Under the pieces are notes generated by a model, which saw only the letters and a program-made list of their open reading frames with translations, was not told the DNA's origin and searched no databases. From assembly GCA_001804815.1 (NCBI GenBank), contig MHBI01000088.1:12224-76223 (forward strand): 64,000 bases of DNA, written 5' to 3'. Positions 27,501-37,200 of this stretch are shown here, piece after piece (positions within the stretch are counted from its first letter, which is position 1; each line of letters opens with the position of its first letter). The position numbers were made by a program, and so were the translations under genes. Source of the stretch: Lentisphaerae bacterium GWF2_50_93. GTDB taxonomy: Bacteria > Verrucomicrobiota > Lentisphaeria > Victivallales > GWF2-50-93.

Positions 27501-28512
27501 TGGAACAATGGCCTACTCAAACGTCACGCTGACGGTGAAATGCTATGCGACGACCGACATCCTCCTGACAACGGTTCCGTCGAATGATCTCGAGGTTCCG
27601 TTCACGGCGGCATTCAAGGGCAAGGTCGTTGATGAAACCGGGACAGGTATCCCGAACATGCTCCTCCAGGCCAGGAATCCAATCACGGGGCTGACAACTC
27701 CGCTTGTAAAGACCGATGCAAAGGGATGCTTTGCCTATTCGGCGCTCATCAACAGCGAGGGAGAGCATACTTTCGACTTCTTCTTCAACACTATGCCCGA
27801 CACTGCCAAAGGCACGGCAAGCCATACCGTGGCCACAAAGAAAGGCTGCCTTGATACGGTCAACAACTTCTTCGACTTGTCCGGGTACATTCCTGCGAAG
27901 CCGGTTGTGGTCGCGGACCATGCGGACGTCAGAGGCCTCCAGAACTTCCTGGACATCCGCAACGGCTGGAATACGGCAGACACGGTAGCTCCTGGCGACG
28001 CTTATGAAAACATGTGGATCAACAGCACCATCGTGCAGGCCAAAGACGACGCACAACTGACTGGCAAGCTCAACGAAGGCCTGTACATGTTCTTCTACGG
28101 CGTCGAAGGCGCTGGAGTTGGAAACGATACTGACAAGACGCCCAAGTCCGCATTTTCCGCAGTACCCTATGTAGTCCATGTGTCTTCCGACAAGCGGGAT
28201 ATTGTCCTAGGCAATCTCAAGCTCAATGGCATAATTGACGAGACCCAGTACAATGACATCATCCTGAATGGAAAAATCGGTGTTGTCGCTGTTGCGGCCA
28301 TAAGCAATCCGGTAGAAGGCGCCGTAGAAGGCGACTGCACCATCTCCATGCTCGCCTGCGAGCAGCTTGAAATCCTTGTGGGACTCGCAGAGGGCTCAGT
28401 TCCAACGGCTGACGCCGACAAGTATTCCGGCACCCTTACCAGGAAGGGCACGGTCACCCTCCCCGGCAGCGACAGGAAAATCAACGTGCTCACCTCCGCA
28501 TTCGTGAAGTGA
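21592..28512 (+). CDS. Secreted 2306-aa M6-family (immune inhibitor A-like) metalloprotease with choice-of-anchor-D-like, Calx-beta, PPC and Fn3-like domains
   Basis: I prefer the ATG at 21592 because of the SD and promoter geometry; the track start is 21577. The signal peptide is MKNLNFQGKYLLIFLLALFFIPAYSLFA. The M6-domain N-terminus is VPANPKAFEIAQPDGKKITVRSKGDEHFSWQEDANGYVI. The zinc motif is VICHELGHFFGLPDLYD (HELGH at 22690-22704). A Calx-beta-like segment reads DVYITDITATHAADYTV...VVEDDLIEGDETASITL. Three pre-peptidase C-terminal (PPC)-like domains carry GDCDLYV/GDCDFDV/NDCDLFA...GTWY. Repeated SDG-x-[FY]-x-D-[RK]-I-x-[VL]-x-W...GA-x-x-Y-x-V-[FY]-R modules are present. Confidence 0.9.
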   Translation: MKNLNFQGKYLLIFLLALFFIPAYSLFAVPANPKAFEIAQPDGKKITVRSKGDEHFSWQEDANGYVIKKDKADGFWKYAVPRKDEATFEVLPDSKVGHVNPKAKGLKKSDLPGKKLIQDKINSRKNNTVNEVAPLPAPAPANNIQVAPLQQSSSSPQPPIQKIPISGTTTVRNIVILACFADQWDPAANGGLGAVKSTALNAYGRPSAEYINLFNQAGYNADGAVGSVKDYYSEVSYGKVTMESVIVPWVKLPQNQAYYGGNDYWGNDAEPRQMVIDAINAAKAAGFDFSQGDKDGDGWVDCLTIIHSGYGEEWGGQDDCIWSHKWSLAAPVIKDSVKMYTYHTEPASRGYESDRFGEMTTIGVICHELGHFFGLPDLYDYSSTFGGLGEWCLMSNGSWNGAEGERPAHFSAWCKVALGFVNPKIVHDSSTPISIGQVFDNQDIHMLRDGCAIGEYFLIENRQQTGFDSAIPGDGILIYHVDSNSSNNDLGNWPHPVVKIEEADGNNTLGSSGAGQASDAWTNASALGDFKDWTGSVSSNSMKYQAADYFLRSNIPSYYTYNTLSNFSFSAPTMTYEISTVVPTLDDMADNTTGSYTVSWSPSQNADDYEIQEGLGGQTSFFDGAQDVDAMWENWSIGGQVLIGSTGRSSSSSYYFTSYDGTKWYSSVSSMTMRDSFKLTSNINLSYYFMCDSESSNGYLKLQASSDDGVTWKTLWTHIGGLVSSWQAVVKNTASFTSLGFVLDDAIKIRFVMDVENPAGSNGFPAFGWAVDDISITNTLCNSFNGSTIGTTGGATSYNISGKTSGSYQYRVRAHANTFWQKWSSPKTVNVNIPGPRIALEGNSVPIKNGDITPSASDDTDFGSVTFGTSRTRTFTIYNNGTLDLNLTGTSKVDISGTNASQFVVTSPPPSPIAALDGKTFQITFTPADSGTKTATVSIISDDPTKPNFYFSIKGSGNSPGVFQLTAASPSCYEYSGLQRITVRRDIGKDGSASVDVYITDITATHAADYTVSAGAGLVTYDAVNSRYKVTLSWADQVSTSKYFDINVVEDDLIEGDETASITLNNPVGAALGAQSSAEFTIIDNDYLLEIHPLVAEGGNGVASAVPVSSSSDTTTADISAVPDANYHFVNWTAVGPVTFTNANSANTKIAYKGSSIVTANFAHDSVALTMAVAGEGAATATPVSGPAIVAPASGNTDNVTAISLEAIPDGGSSFAGWSVIGNATIDDTEDPTTNLTLTGEDGSAVTVTANFIVGSATVLPLVAGEATEPGITDSTVGGIKIYKVTVDPGNSLLEVTTSGNGDCDLYVRYAAAPTLSTYDKRSTGVGASEKVRIEDPTPGTWYIMLHAYAAYDTVSLDVKVGDFAIGQPGPITVTPSTAKVQLDWPAVAAGSPTAYEIYRAELDEIEVATKIAEVDAADPLTYDDVFTAATPNYDYYYWVRAVTATDEGKFSESAHATLTDGLFTLLVSGTEKKLISGAAGSIQIFKIKVPAAQTLLEIKIKGLVGDCDFDVVAPNGDTVKRGVKGSSNELVQITGNPLATDFWTIHLYGKTAYSGLGLMAKYSKLIAVPAAPVVSASDGMFDDRILLNWKTVPGATRYEVFRNKTKLPPDPINDKIAEVADITYEDNSKEVIVDDIPGTLFYYFVTAKNTVGTSKPSASNSGFIMKAPLLTPAAPLASDGIYFDRINVKWTKVIGATSYQVYRTETLTAPLIGVDTPAGETTALFLDDFAKDFVPQAGGVLNVNNYYYWIAAKNQNGTSPISKVNSGFLSKKGPATITASNGTYSDRVVVTWAAVPGATAYDVYRCTDIKFILGPSTVGNAVEGLEFEDVPPVSDTVYYYKVKAKYNAKYDSNFCLGTAIGKMTTGASSPTVELALDNNTDSGSITDKLKGSSLYYSVDVPYGTTRIVATLSGTPPPVGTTNDCDLFAKFANFPTKASYSAKGIENLVAKTEILTVSNPAAGTWYFLLYGTMAYSNVTLTVKCYATTDILLTTVPSNDLEVPFTAAFKGKVVDETGTGIPNMLLQARNPITGLTTPLVKTDAKGCFAYSALINSEGEHTFDFFFNTMPDTAKGTASHTVATKKGCLDTVNNFFDLSGYIPAKPVVVADHADVRGLQNFLDIRNGWNTADTVAPGDAYENMWINSTIVQAKDDAQLTGKLNEGLYMFFYGVEGAGVGNDTDKTPKSAFSAVPYVVHVSSDKRDIVLGNLKLNGIIDETQYNDIILNGKIGVVAVAAISNPVEGAVEGDCTISMLACEQLEILVGLAEGSVPTADADKYSGTLTRKGTVTLPGSDRKINVLTSAFVK

Positions 28513-28513
28513 A

Positions 28514-28658
28514 AGTAGGTACGAGCTTCAGCCTGTACCATGAATTCCGCGTCTGCTGCAGTAGCGCTTTGACGTAGCTGAAAGCTTGTACATGGAAAGA
28601 TTCCCTACAGCTCCATTATGAAATTGAAGAATGGTACAGGCTGAAGCCCGTACCTACT
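28514..28658. repeat. MITE-like element (AGTAGGTACG.GCTTCAGCCTGTACCAT termini), long copy
   Basis: 28514 agtaggtacgagcttcagcctgtaccat pairs with atggtacaggctgaagcccgtacctact ending at 28658, a terminal inverted repeat of about 28 bp. It starts 2 nt after the M6 stop codon. Confidence 0.85.
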
Positions 28659-28785
28659 TGAAGAACAGATCTCACCTGCAACTTTGTACTTCCGAATGTA
28701 GCGTTCGCCGCCTCGGAGAAGATCTTAAGATTCTTGCCCGGGACGGGCAACCCTGCATCAGAAATACAAACACAACCGGGACGTT

Positions 28786-28903
28786 GTAGTAGCGCATGTT
28801 TGCGCGTTTTTCGGTTTTAAAATGGAGCGCCGGTCTCCAGGCCGGCTTCTTGCCGACCTGGAGGTCGGCGTTCCTTTAAGAACGCGCAAACATGCGCTAC
28901 TAC
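28786..28903. repeat. MITE-like element (GTAGTAGCGCATGTTTGCGCG termini), complete copy
   Basis: gtagtagcgcatgtttgcgcg (28786-28806) is the perfect inverted repeat of cgcgcaaacatgcgctactac (28883-28903). Internal hairpins are ccggtctccaggccgg and gccgacctggaggtcggc. The right two-thirds recur at 50261-50359. Confidence 0.9.
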
Positions 28904-28921
28904 AAACGAATCACACCCGGT

Positions 28922-29117
28922 GTCATCCCAGAGGATGACGGCCTAATGGATTTATGGATTGCTGGATTATTGGGTTTGAGTTCAAGATAACACAAAAGCC
29001 ATGGAGATGCATGAGGATTATAGGAAAAGCATTTCGGATAATTTATCCATGCTGTTTTTGCTCTTATGTCTTTGAAACCCAACCATCCAGAAATCCATGA
29101 ATCCAATAATCCATGAA
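28922..29117 (+). repeat. Full-length 8-bp-periodic GGAT hairpin element, copy B
   Basis: A hairpin gtcatcc-caga-ggatgac lies at 28922-28939. The left arm is ggatttat ggattgct ggattatt gggtttga. The core spans about 28970-29080. The right arm is ccaaccat ccagaaat ccatgaat ccaataat ccatgaaa. It is in inverted orientation relative to copy A. Confidence 0.85.
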
Positions 29118-29150
29118 ATTGAATTTAGTAACATGTATGACCGCTAAAAC

Positions 29151-29178
29151 TTGACATAATTATCCCACGATGTAGATT
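29151..29178 (+). promoter_or_regulatory. Candidate sigma70-type promoter for the first Rhs gene
   Basis: TTGACA (29151-56), a 16-nt spacer, then TAGATT (29173-78), about 40 nt upstream of the ATG at 29219. Pattern match only. Confidence 0.45.
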
Positions 29179-29218
29179 CCACTTATCACGTAAGGCAAAT
29201 CATGTCTGGGGGGCAGCC

Positions 29219-32200
29219 ATGCATACTCCATTTTCGTCCCGATGCACAACCGCGCTGGCCAGTCTTCTTTTATTCATCTCCTTCACATCCGCACAGGCGG
29301 AGGATAAAAGCCTCGGAGCCTGGACGGCGAAAGACCCGAGTACGGCCTTGTATAGAATCTACGGCATGGCATTCGGGAACAACACATATGTCATAGCCGG
29401 TTACAACGGCGGCACATGTAAGAGTTTCATTGCAAATTCTCCTGACGCGACAACCTGGACCCTGAGATCCACGGGAAGCACATCCTTGGAATTCAACTCC
29501 GTGATTTTCTCAAAAGGCCGTTTCATCGCGGTATGCGGACAGCCTGATTCAAAGACCGCCAGGATCTGGACATCGGACACCAATGGCAACACCTGGGTGA
29601 GCAGGAGCTCCAATATCACTGTCGCAGGCAAACTTAATGCAGTTGCTTCGGACGGCAATGGCAGACTTATCGCCGCAGGAGCGAATGCTGATGGCGACGG
29701 ATGGCTGACGGTTTCAACTGACAACGGAACAACATGGTTTACCCCCGAGGGTGCGTCCTTCCCTGGAGAAACATTCTACGGTGTAGGATATGCCATCGGA
29801 AACTGGTATGCGTTCTCGACGTCGGGGACCTACAAGTCAACAAACGGGGGAACTGCCTGGGCTTCAGTGGCGGGATCTCCTGCCGTAGACGACAAAGGAT
29901 ATAAAGTCGCTTCAAACAAGACAACGGTCGTTGTCGCCTCATCAACTGGCCCCATATGGTCGAAGGATGGCGGAGCGACGTGGTATGCAGGCACGTATGC
30001 AAATGGGTTTACAGGTTCCCTGACATCGGCGGCATCAAGCGTAGTCTATGCGGATGGCACATTCGTTCTTGCCGGACGCAACTCGGGAGAGGCATGGAGC
30101 TCTGAAACCGGCCAGACCTGGAAGAGATGGACACTTCCCTCAACTACCACTTACGCCTTATGCTACGGAAAAAAATCGTTCTGGTGCGGAGGCGCGTTTG
30201 CCATGCACAACATACCAACGATTTCAAAATCCCCTTCCTGGTTCAAGGCGCGTCTCGGATGCAGCAGCGATTATCCATACACAATATTCGATGCCGAGGA
30301 CGGACCGCCGAACCGCATAGGCCTTCCGCAGTACAGGGTCAACACCGCATCTTTGAACCTTGTCCTCGAAAGCACATTGTTCTACGTCAAGGCCCTGGGA
30401 TCACCCATCAATTTTAAGCTGGTCTACAATTCCAGGCCGACCGATGACGACAATTCGACCATAGGGCCGTTCGGCAAGAACTGGCGCTTCCGCTACGAGT
30501 CGGTGGTTGGACGATTCGGACAGGATGCTATACTCGTCAAGGGCGGAGGCAGAAACTTCGCCTTCACCACGCCCAAGGGAGAGAACCTCGACACCTACTC
30601 GGGCCCTGACGCGGAATTGATTCTCGATCCTCCGGACGGGACATTTGACAAACTTGTCTACAAGCATGCGGTTCCGAGCTTCGAACTTACTATGAAATCC
30701 TCGCATCTCAAATACATATACGGGACCAAGGGCAGTACGGCAGACGTAAACGACAGCCTCTTCTATCTTTCCGCCATCGAGGACCAGTTCGGGAATACGA
30801 CAACCCTGTCCATAGACGCCCCCACCGGGCGGATCGACTCCATAGCAAATGGCGGCAGAACCTTCTCATTCACCTACACTGGCTCACTTTGCAGCGGAAT
30901 CAGCATTCCCGACGGGCGTTCCGTCGACTTCACCTACGACGCACACGAAAACCTCACCAGCATAACGGACATGAGGGGCTACCAGGGAACATATGCCTAC
31001 GACGCTGCTAATCTTGGGTTCCTCATGTCAATGTCGACGGCAGGCAAGACCACGACTTTCACTTATGCGGACAGACCGGGCTACAACGAAGCAGGCACCG
31101 TCGAGAACTTGGGCGACAAATATCTCAAGTCGCTCACCCGCCCGAACGGGAGCATTACGAAATATGAGCTCCTGGACGGCGGAGACACGGTGAAGCGCAC
31201 ATCACCGTCGGGAGAGATCACTCTAATATCCAACGAGGAAGGGCAGACTACTTCCGTGAAGGATCCGCTTGGAAACGTGCGCAACATAACGTTCAACGAC
31301 GCAAAGCTCCCCTCCTCTGTCACCGACGAAAAAGGCGGGGTCTATACCTACGAATATGTCAACGGCAACATGACCAGGCAGACGGATGCAATGGGGAGGT
31401 CGACCTCTTATGAATATGATGCCAGCAGCAACCTCATAAGAACCACCAACGCCCTTGGAAAATCCTGGACATATACCGGCTATGCGAACTATCAGCCTGG
31501 CAAGATCACCACACCCATGCTCTATGAGACAAATTTCACCTATTGGCCAAATGGGCGCATGAAGGACATAACCGATGCACGCGGTAATAAAACGTCCTTC
31601 ACCTATGACCCGTACGGCAATCTTGATACTGCGACATCCCCGGCTCCGGTCAGTGCAGTAACGGATCTCACCTACGACCCGCAGGGGTTCAGGTGCACCA
31701 AGATGAAAGATGCCAGCTTGAACGAAAAGGCACTGGAATGGGATGCCAACGACCGCCTCCTGTCCATCACCTATGATACCGTCGCAGACCTGCCTGCATA
31801 CACAAACACATACAATGCTTTCGGACAGACAGGATTCACAGACGAGCTTGGAAAATCCAGCACAGTGGTCCGTGACGAACTCGGATTCATAACATCAGTG
31901 ACGAATCCACTCGGACATGTCACCCGGAAGGAATACGACGCTGATCTACGGCCTTCGAAGACCATTGATCCCCTGGGCAGGGCGACATCGACCTCGTATG
32001 ACAATGCTGGGCGTCCAATCCTTTTTACCGACGCCAGGGGATTCAAGATAGTAAAGGAATATGACAGCACCGGAAACCTCGTCTCCTTCAAGGACAAGAA
32101 CGGTGCGGAAACGAAATACACCTATGACACTAACGGCAGGCTCGTGTCAACCTCTGATCCTCTCAAAAAAACCTACACGATCACCCGCGATATCATCGGA

Positions 32201-33982
32201 AGGATATCCTCGACCACGAACGCAAGGCTCCAGGTCATAGGCTATGAATATGACGACAATGGCCTCTTAAAAAAGAAGACGTTGACAGGGGCTGCGACAC
32301 CACTCGTTGAAAACACGCTCGACGAAAATGGAAACATCACAAAACAAATCGATTCCTGGGGAAGCACCCCCGCCACCGCCACGCAATATGCGTATGACAC
32401 CAACAACCGCGTGACAAGCATAACATACCCGGATGCGAAAACCGTGGCCTTGACTTACAACAATACAGGAAACATCGCCACCATAACCTATCCTGACGGT
32501 CTTGTCGCCACTTACACTTACGACACCTTCAACCGCCAGCCTGTACCGTCCATCCTCAAGAACAATCCCGGAACTGAGATTGCAGGACAGAGCCGATCGA
32601 CAAATGCCATTACGGACGTCACGCTTTCCGGAGCAGCTTCCGCCAATTTCACACTTTCGTATGACAAGCGCGGCAGGATCAGCACATTGACCCGACCGGA
32701 TAATTTCACAAAATCCGACTATACCTATGACGATGCGGGAAGGACAACCAGGTTGGTCCACAGCAAGACCGGAGGATCTGCGGCAGTGGATTTCACTGTT
32801 GAATGCAGTCCTAACGCCGTAGGCAACCTTTCCTCGGAAAACTTCTGCGGAGCATCTTATTACCAGTCCGCCCAGACGCCTTCATCCATGGCCCTTGCCT
32901 ACAATGCAGCTGGACAGCTCATGAAAAAAGGAGTGGAGGCCTGCATAAGCGATGCGGACGGCAATCTCACCGATCTCGGGGCAGGAACCGTGAAATGCAC
33001 ATATGACGCTGAAAACAGGCTCACCAGGATGGTCAGGAAAGCAGGCACGACCACTGACAACACCTACAACGCCAGCGGTCTCCGCGTCAAGCGCGTAATC
33101 GGCAGCGAGACAATCTTCTATCATTACCTGCCATCAGGCACCCTTCTTTTCACGACGGACGGAAGCGGGACGGTGATGGACAGGCATGTTTTCGCGGGCG
33201 GGACTCTTCTTGCGACTCTTAAAGCTTCGGGAGCTCTGATCCACTATTACGGCGACCTGCAGGGCAACGCAAGGTTCATAGCAGACAATTCCGGTGCCGT
33301 TCTTGTGCAATACGACTACCTGCCATATGGACAGGTCGGCACGAACAAACTCGGAATTAACGATGCTCTGATAGACAATAATCCTTTCACCATGAATGGC
33401 ATCCTCGGAGTCCAGGACGAAGGCGACGGCATATTCTGCATGGGGAAACGTTTCTACGAGGCGGCTTCGGCTCGCTTCCTCAGCCGGGATCCCCTTGGTT
33501 TTACAGCAGGCTCGAATCTTTATGCGTTTGGGAGGAACAATCCGATAATCTATGCGGATCCTACCGGAAAAATACCTGTAGTTGTGCCTCTTGTAATGGC
33601 AGGTGCGGGCTTCATCTACTGGTGCATGAGTTCGTCAAAAAGTCACGAAGAAGCAAATGCCGAAGCTGCTGCCATCAACGCCAAATACCGGGCAGAAGAG
33701 CTTAAAAAGGCAAAAGAACTGAATGATCGCCTCAAAGGATATCACGGCCGTGAGAGGGAAATGATGATGGAGGCGGAGGGGCTTCACTCATCCCAGTCTA
33801 ATGCCGTCGATGCATTGCATGAAGGTGTTGACCAGGCAGCCAATCGCATGGGAGAGGTTGGAGAGATTGGCGCGAACACGGCTCAAAACTTGATTACTGG
33901 AGGAGCTGTAGGCGCAGGATTGGATGCTGGCGGCGCTATTTCAGAAGAGATTGAAAACCAGGGTGCCGAGCAGGAGGAATAA
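29219..33982 (+). CDS. Rhs/YD-repeat protein 1 (1587 aa): signal peptide, BNR/Asp-box propeller, YD-repeat shell, Rhs core, 136-aa tip
   Basis: The signal peptide is ...LASLLLFISFTSAQA. Asp-box motifs include STDNGTTW, SKDGGATW, SDTNGNTW and SETGQTW. The Rhs entry region is LPQYRVNTASLNLVLESTLFY. There are many YD repeats (FTYDAHENL, YEYDASSNL, KEYDSTGNLVSFKDKNG...). The Rhs-associated core ends RFYEAASARFLSRDPLGF...NNPIIYADPTGK (DPTGK at 33557-33571). Confidence 0.92.
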   Translation: MHTPFSSRCTTALASLLLFISFTSAQAEDKSLGAWTAKDPSTALYRIYGMAFGNNTYVIAGYNGGTCKSFIANSPDATTWTLRSTGSTSLEFNSVIFSKGRFIAVCGQPDSKTARIWTSDTNGNTWVSRSSNITVAGKLNAVASDGNGRLIAAGANADGDGWLTVSTDNGTTWFTPEGASFPGETFYGVGYAIGNWYAFSTSGTYKSTNGGTAWASVAGSPAVDDKGYKVASNKTTVVVASSTGPIWSKDGGATWYAGTYANGFTGSLTSAASSVVYADGTFVLAGRNSGEAWSSETGQTWKRWTLPSTTTYALCYGKKSFWCGGAFAMHNIPTISKSPSWFKARLGCSSDYPYTIFDAEDGPPNRIGLPQYRVNTASLNLVLESTLFYVKALGSPINFKLVYNSRPTDDDNSTIGPFGKNWRFRYESVVGRFGQDAILVKGGGRNFAFTTPKGENLDTYSGPDAELILDPPDGTFDKLVYKHAVPSFELTMKSSHLKYIYGTKGSTADVNDSLFYLSAIEDQFGNTTTLSIDAPTGRIDSIANGGRTFSFTYTGSLCSGISIPDGRSVDFTYDAHENLTSITDMRGYQGTYAYDAANLGFLMSMSTAGKTTTFTYADRPGYNEAGTVENLGDKYLKSLTRPNGSITKYELLDGGDTVKRTSPSGEITLISNEEGQTTSVKDPLGNVRNITFNDAKLPSSVTDEKGGVYTYEYVNGNMTRQTDAMGRSTSYEYDASSNLIRTTNALGKSWTYTGYANYQPGKITTPMLYETNFTYWPNGRMKDITDARGNKTSFTYDPYGNLDTATSPAPVSAVTDLTYDPQGFRCTKMKDASLNEKALEWDANDRLLSITYDTVADLPAYTNTYNAFGQTGFTDELGKSSTVVRDELGFITSVTNPLGHVTRKEYDADLRPSKTIDPLGRATSTSYDNAGRPILFTDARGFKIVKEYDSTGNLVSFKDKNGAETKYTYDTNGRLVSTSDPLKKTYTITRDIIGRISSTTNARLQVIGYEYDDNGLLKKKTLTGAATPLVENTLDENGNITKQIDSWGSTPATATQYAYDTNNRVTSITYPDAKTVALTYNNTGNIATITYPDGLVATYTYDTFNRQPVPSILKNNPGTEIAGQSRSTNAITDVTLSGAASANFTLSYDKRGRISTLTRPDNFTKSDYTYDDAGRTTRLVHSKTGGSAAVDFTVECSPNAVGNLSSENFCGASYYQSAQTPSSMALAYNAAGQLMKKGVEACISDADGNLTDLGAGTVKCTYDAENRLTRMVRKAGTTTDNTYNASGLRVKRVIGSETIFYHYLPSGTLLFTTDGSGTVMDRHVFAGGTLLATLKASGALIHYYGDLQGNARFIADNSGAVLVQYDYLPYGQVGTNKLGINDALIDNNPFTMNGILGVQDEGDGIFCMGKRFYEAASARFLSRDPLGFTAGSNLYAFGRNNPIIYADPTGKIPVVVPLVMAGAGFIYWCMSSSKSHEEANAEAAAINAKYRAEELKKAKELNDRLKGYHGREREMMMEAEGLHSSQSNAVDALHEGVDQAANRMGEVGEIGANTAQNLITGGAVGAGLDAGGAISEEIENQGAEQEE

Positions 33983-34203
33983 GGTAATTCAAAATCACTG
34001 CCGTCCAATGGATGATTGGATGACCCGCCTTCGCTGGGAAGCTTTTTTTGGGTTGCGGATCTTTTTGGCTCAAAAAAGAATCTTCCACAACGCGCCGAAT
34101 GCGAATTTTTAGAGGTTCCCAGAATTTACTGGACTTTCTCCTCCTTTTAGGATAAGATTAACTTCGTTGCGAAAGCGGTAATTCAATCCTCTCTGGAGGG
34201 AAT

Positions 34204-37200
34204 ATGATTACTTCATGGGGTTCACGGCTCCAAACGGCCATCGCCGGACTCATCCTATTCTCAATATTCGCATCAGCCCAGGCAAGCGACACGCTCGGGG
34301 CATGGACAGCGAAAAATCCCGGGCTCAGCCTTGACGGGAATTACCAGATTTATGGCATGGCATACGGCAACAACACCTATGTGATTGTCGGAAAAAGCAA
34401 CAGCACAGGCAAGGCTTTCACAGCCAATTCCACTGATGGGACGCACTGGACCCTGAGAGGTGTTGCAAGCGAATCTGAGATCTTCAACTCGGTTATTTTC
34501 TCCAAGGGCCGTTTCATTGCAGTATGCACAAAACCGGCTACCGGCAGCGCCCGGATCTGGACGTCCGACAACAATGGCGGCACCTGGACGCCCAGGAGTT
34601 CCGACCTTCTTGTGGACGGCAGTTTGAATGGAGTCGCCGGTGACGGCAACGGCAAACTGGTTGCCGTCGGTGAAATCACCGATGTCTGGAATGGATGGAT
34701 CACTTGTTCATCGGACAATGGCAACACCTGGAGCGTTGTCCGCGACGGAGCAGTCTACAAGACGTTTCCAACGAAATTCTTTGGCGTAGGATATGCACTC
34801 GGCAATTGGTATGTGCTTGGATCAAACGGAGTTTATAAGTCGAATGGGATCGACTGCACGGCTTGGACCGACCCGGTGCCTGATTCCTCGCAGTTCTATA
34901 CGCAGAGCGACGACCTGCCGGGTTATAAGTTCGCTTCGAACCAGACAACGATTGTCGCGGCTTCGCTGTCCGGCCCCAAATGGTCGGACGACAATGGCGC
35001 CAACTGGAGCGATGGCGCACCGGCGCCGGGTTTCGAAGCAGTAGCCTCCCTGTACAGCTGGACTTCAAGCGTGGTTTATGCGGAAGGCCTGTTCGTCGTT
35101 GCGACACGCCGCGACGGGGATGTCTGGACTTCCGAGGATGGCCGGACATGGGAGAGGCGGACGCTGCCGACGGCGGATGAGACAAACGCGCTCTGCTACG
35201 GGAATAAATCATTCTGGTGCGGCGGCCTGTCGGAGACAATTGCAGTATCCGGGCCATGGCTCAAGGCCCGGATCGGCGGCAGTACGGATTTCCCATATAC
35301 GCTGTTTGACGCCCAGGACGCCCCTCCGAACCACATCGGCCTTCCACAGTACCGGGTCAATACCGCATCACTGAACCTTGTCATGGAAGGCACTCTTTTC
35401 CATATGAAGACCTTGGGCGCGTCGATCAACCTCAAGCTGGTCTATAATTCGCAGCCCTGTGCGGACGATGCGACAGACATCGGGCCGTTCGGCAAGAACT
35501 GGCGGTTCCGTTACGAGTCAGTTGTCGGACGCTCCGGCAAGAATGCCAGGCTGGTCAATGGCGGCGGCAGAAGCATGACATTCACCACTCCCAACGGTGA
35601 GGATCTCGGAACTTATGCAGGTCCTGAAACAGCATTGACCCTGAAATCTCCGGAAGGCATCTATGACAAGCTTGTCTACAAATATGCGGTTCCGAGCTTC
35701 GAACTTACCTTGAAAGCCTCCCATCTGAAATACACTTATGCCGTAACGGACAGCAACTCAGGCGGCAGCCAGTTCCATCTCTCCAGCATCTCGGATCAGT
35801 TCGGCAATACGACGACTCTCAATATCGACCCAACCAGCGGCGCCGTCACCAAGATAACAGATTCATCCTTACGGGAAATCAACTTTACCTACAATCCCAA
35901 CCCTGCAACGGGACTTTGCACCGGAATGACAATGCCGGGACGATCGGTCAGTTTCAGTTATACCGGAAAAAATCTCGCTGGCATTACTGACGCAGAGGAA
36001 TTTTCAGGCACGTATGCCTACGACTCCAACGGATTTATCACCTCGATGACGACAGCAGGCAAAACCACCACGTTCACATACAAGGACAGGGTCGGCGTCA
36101 GCAATGGCGATAAATCCCTTGCCACGGTCACGCGTCCCGGTGCATACGGCACGATCAAATACGAAATCCTGGAGGACGGCAAGACCGTAAAACGCACGGA
36201 TCCGCTTGGTCAGTCGACGATTATTTCCAGTTCGGGAGGCCAGACGACATCAGTCAAGGATCCGCTGGGGAATGTGCGGAGCATCGCCTTCAGCGGAGCG
36301 AAGCTTCCGGAAACTTTCACGGATGAGAAAGGCGGCGTCTGCAGATACGAATACGATTCCCGCGGCAACATGACCAGGAAGACCGACGCCCTCGGAAATA
36401 TTACAAATTATTATTACGATCCTGCGACTGACGATATGACCAGGATGGAAGACGCCTTCGGCTATCCATGGGTCTATGCCTATTCTAATTGCCAGCCGAC
36501 AAGTATAACTACACCCGTAGGAAACATCACCTATTTCGCCTATGATGGACAGGGTCGTCTTACAACCCTCACCGACGCACGCGGCACTGACACGGATTTC
36601 ACCTATGACAAGGGAGAGGTGGCTACAGTTACAAGCCCTGCTTCAGGCACGACAACTTTTGCATACGATGTTGCATCACGCTGCATCTCAATCCAGGACG
36701 CAAATCTCAAGACAAAATCCCTCTCCTGGGACAATAACGACCGTCTGGAAACCGTAACCTATAATTCCGTTGCTGGACCACCGTCATACTTGAACGGCTA
36801 CTCCGCTTTTGGACAGACCTCCTTCCAGGACGAACTTGGCGAATGGACATATGCCACCCGCGACGACCTGGGATCCATCACAACAATCCGCGATCCCCTT
36901 AACAACGTCAACCAGATGGAATACGATCTTGACAACCGGCTGACCAAGACCATCGATCCCCTGCTGCACTCGAGAGCGACTTCCTACGACAGCGCAGGAC
37001 GACCGACAATATTCACGGACGCCAGAAGCTACAAGGTCGTGCGCGAATACGACAGCACCGGCAACCTAGTATCCTTCAGGGATTCGAATAATTCCACCAC
37101 GACCTATAAATACGATGCGAACGGCCGTCTGCTGAGTGTCATGGATCCGCTCCTGAAGTATAACACCATGACCCGGACGAAGACAGGTCAGATCGCCTCC

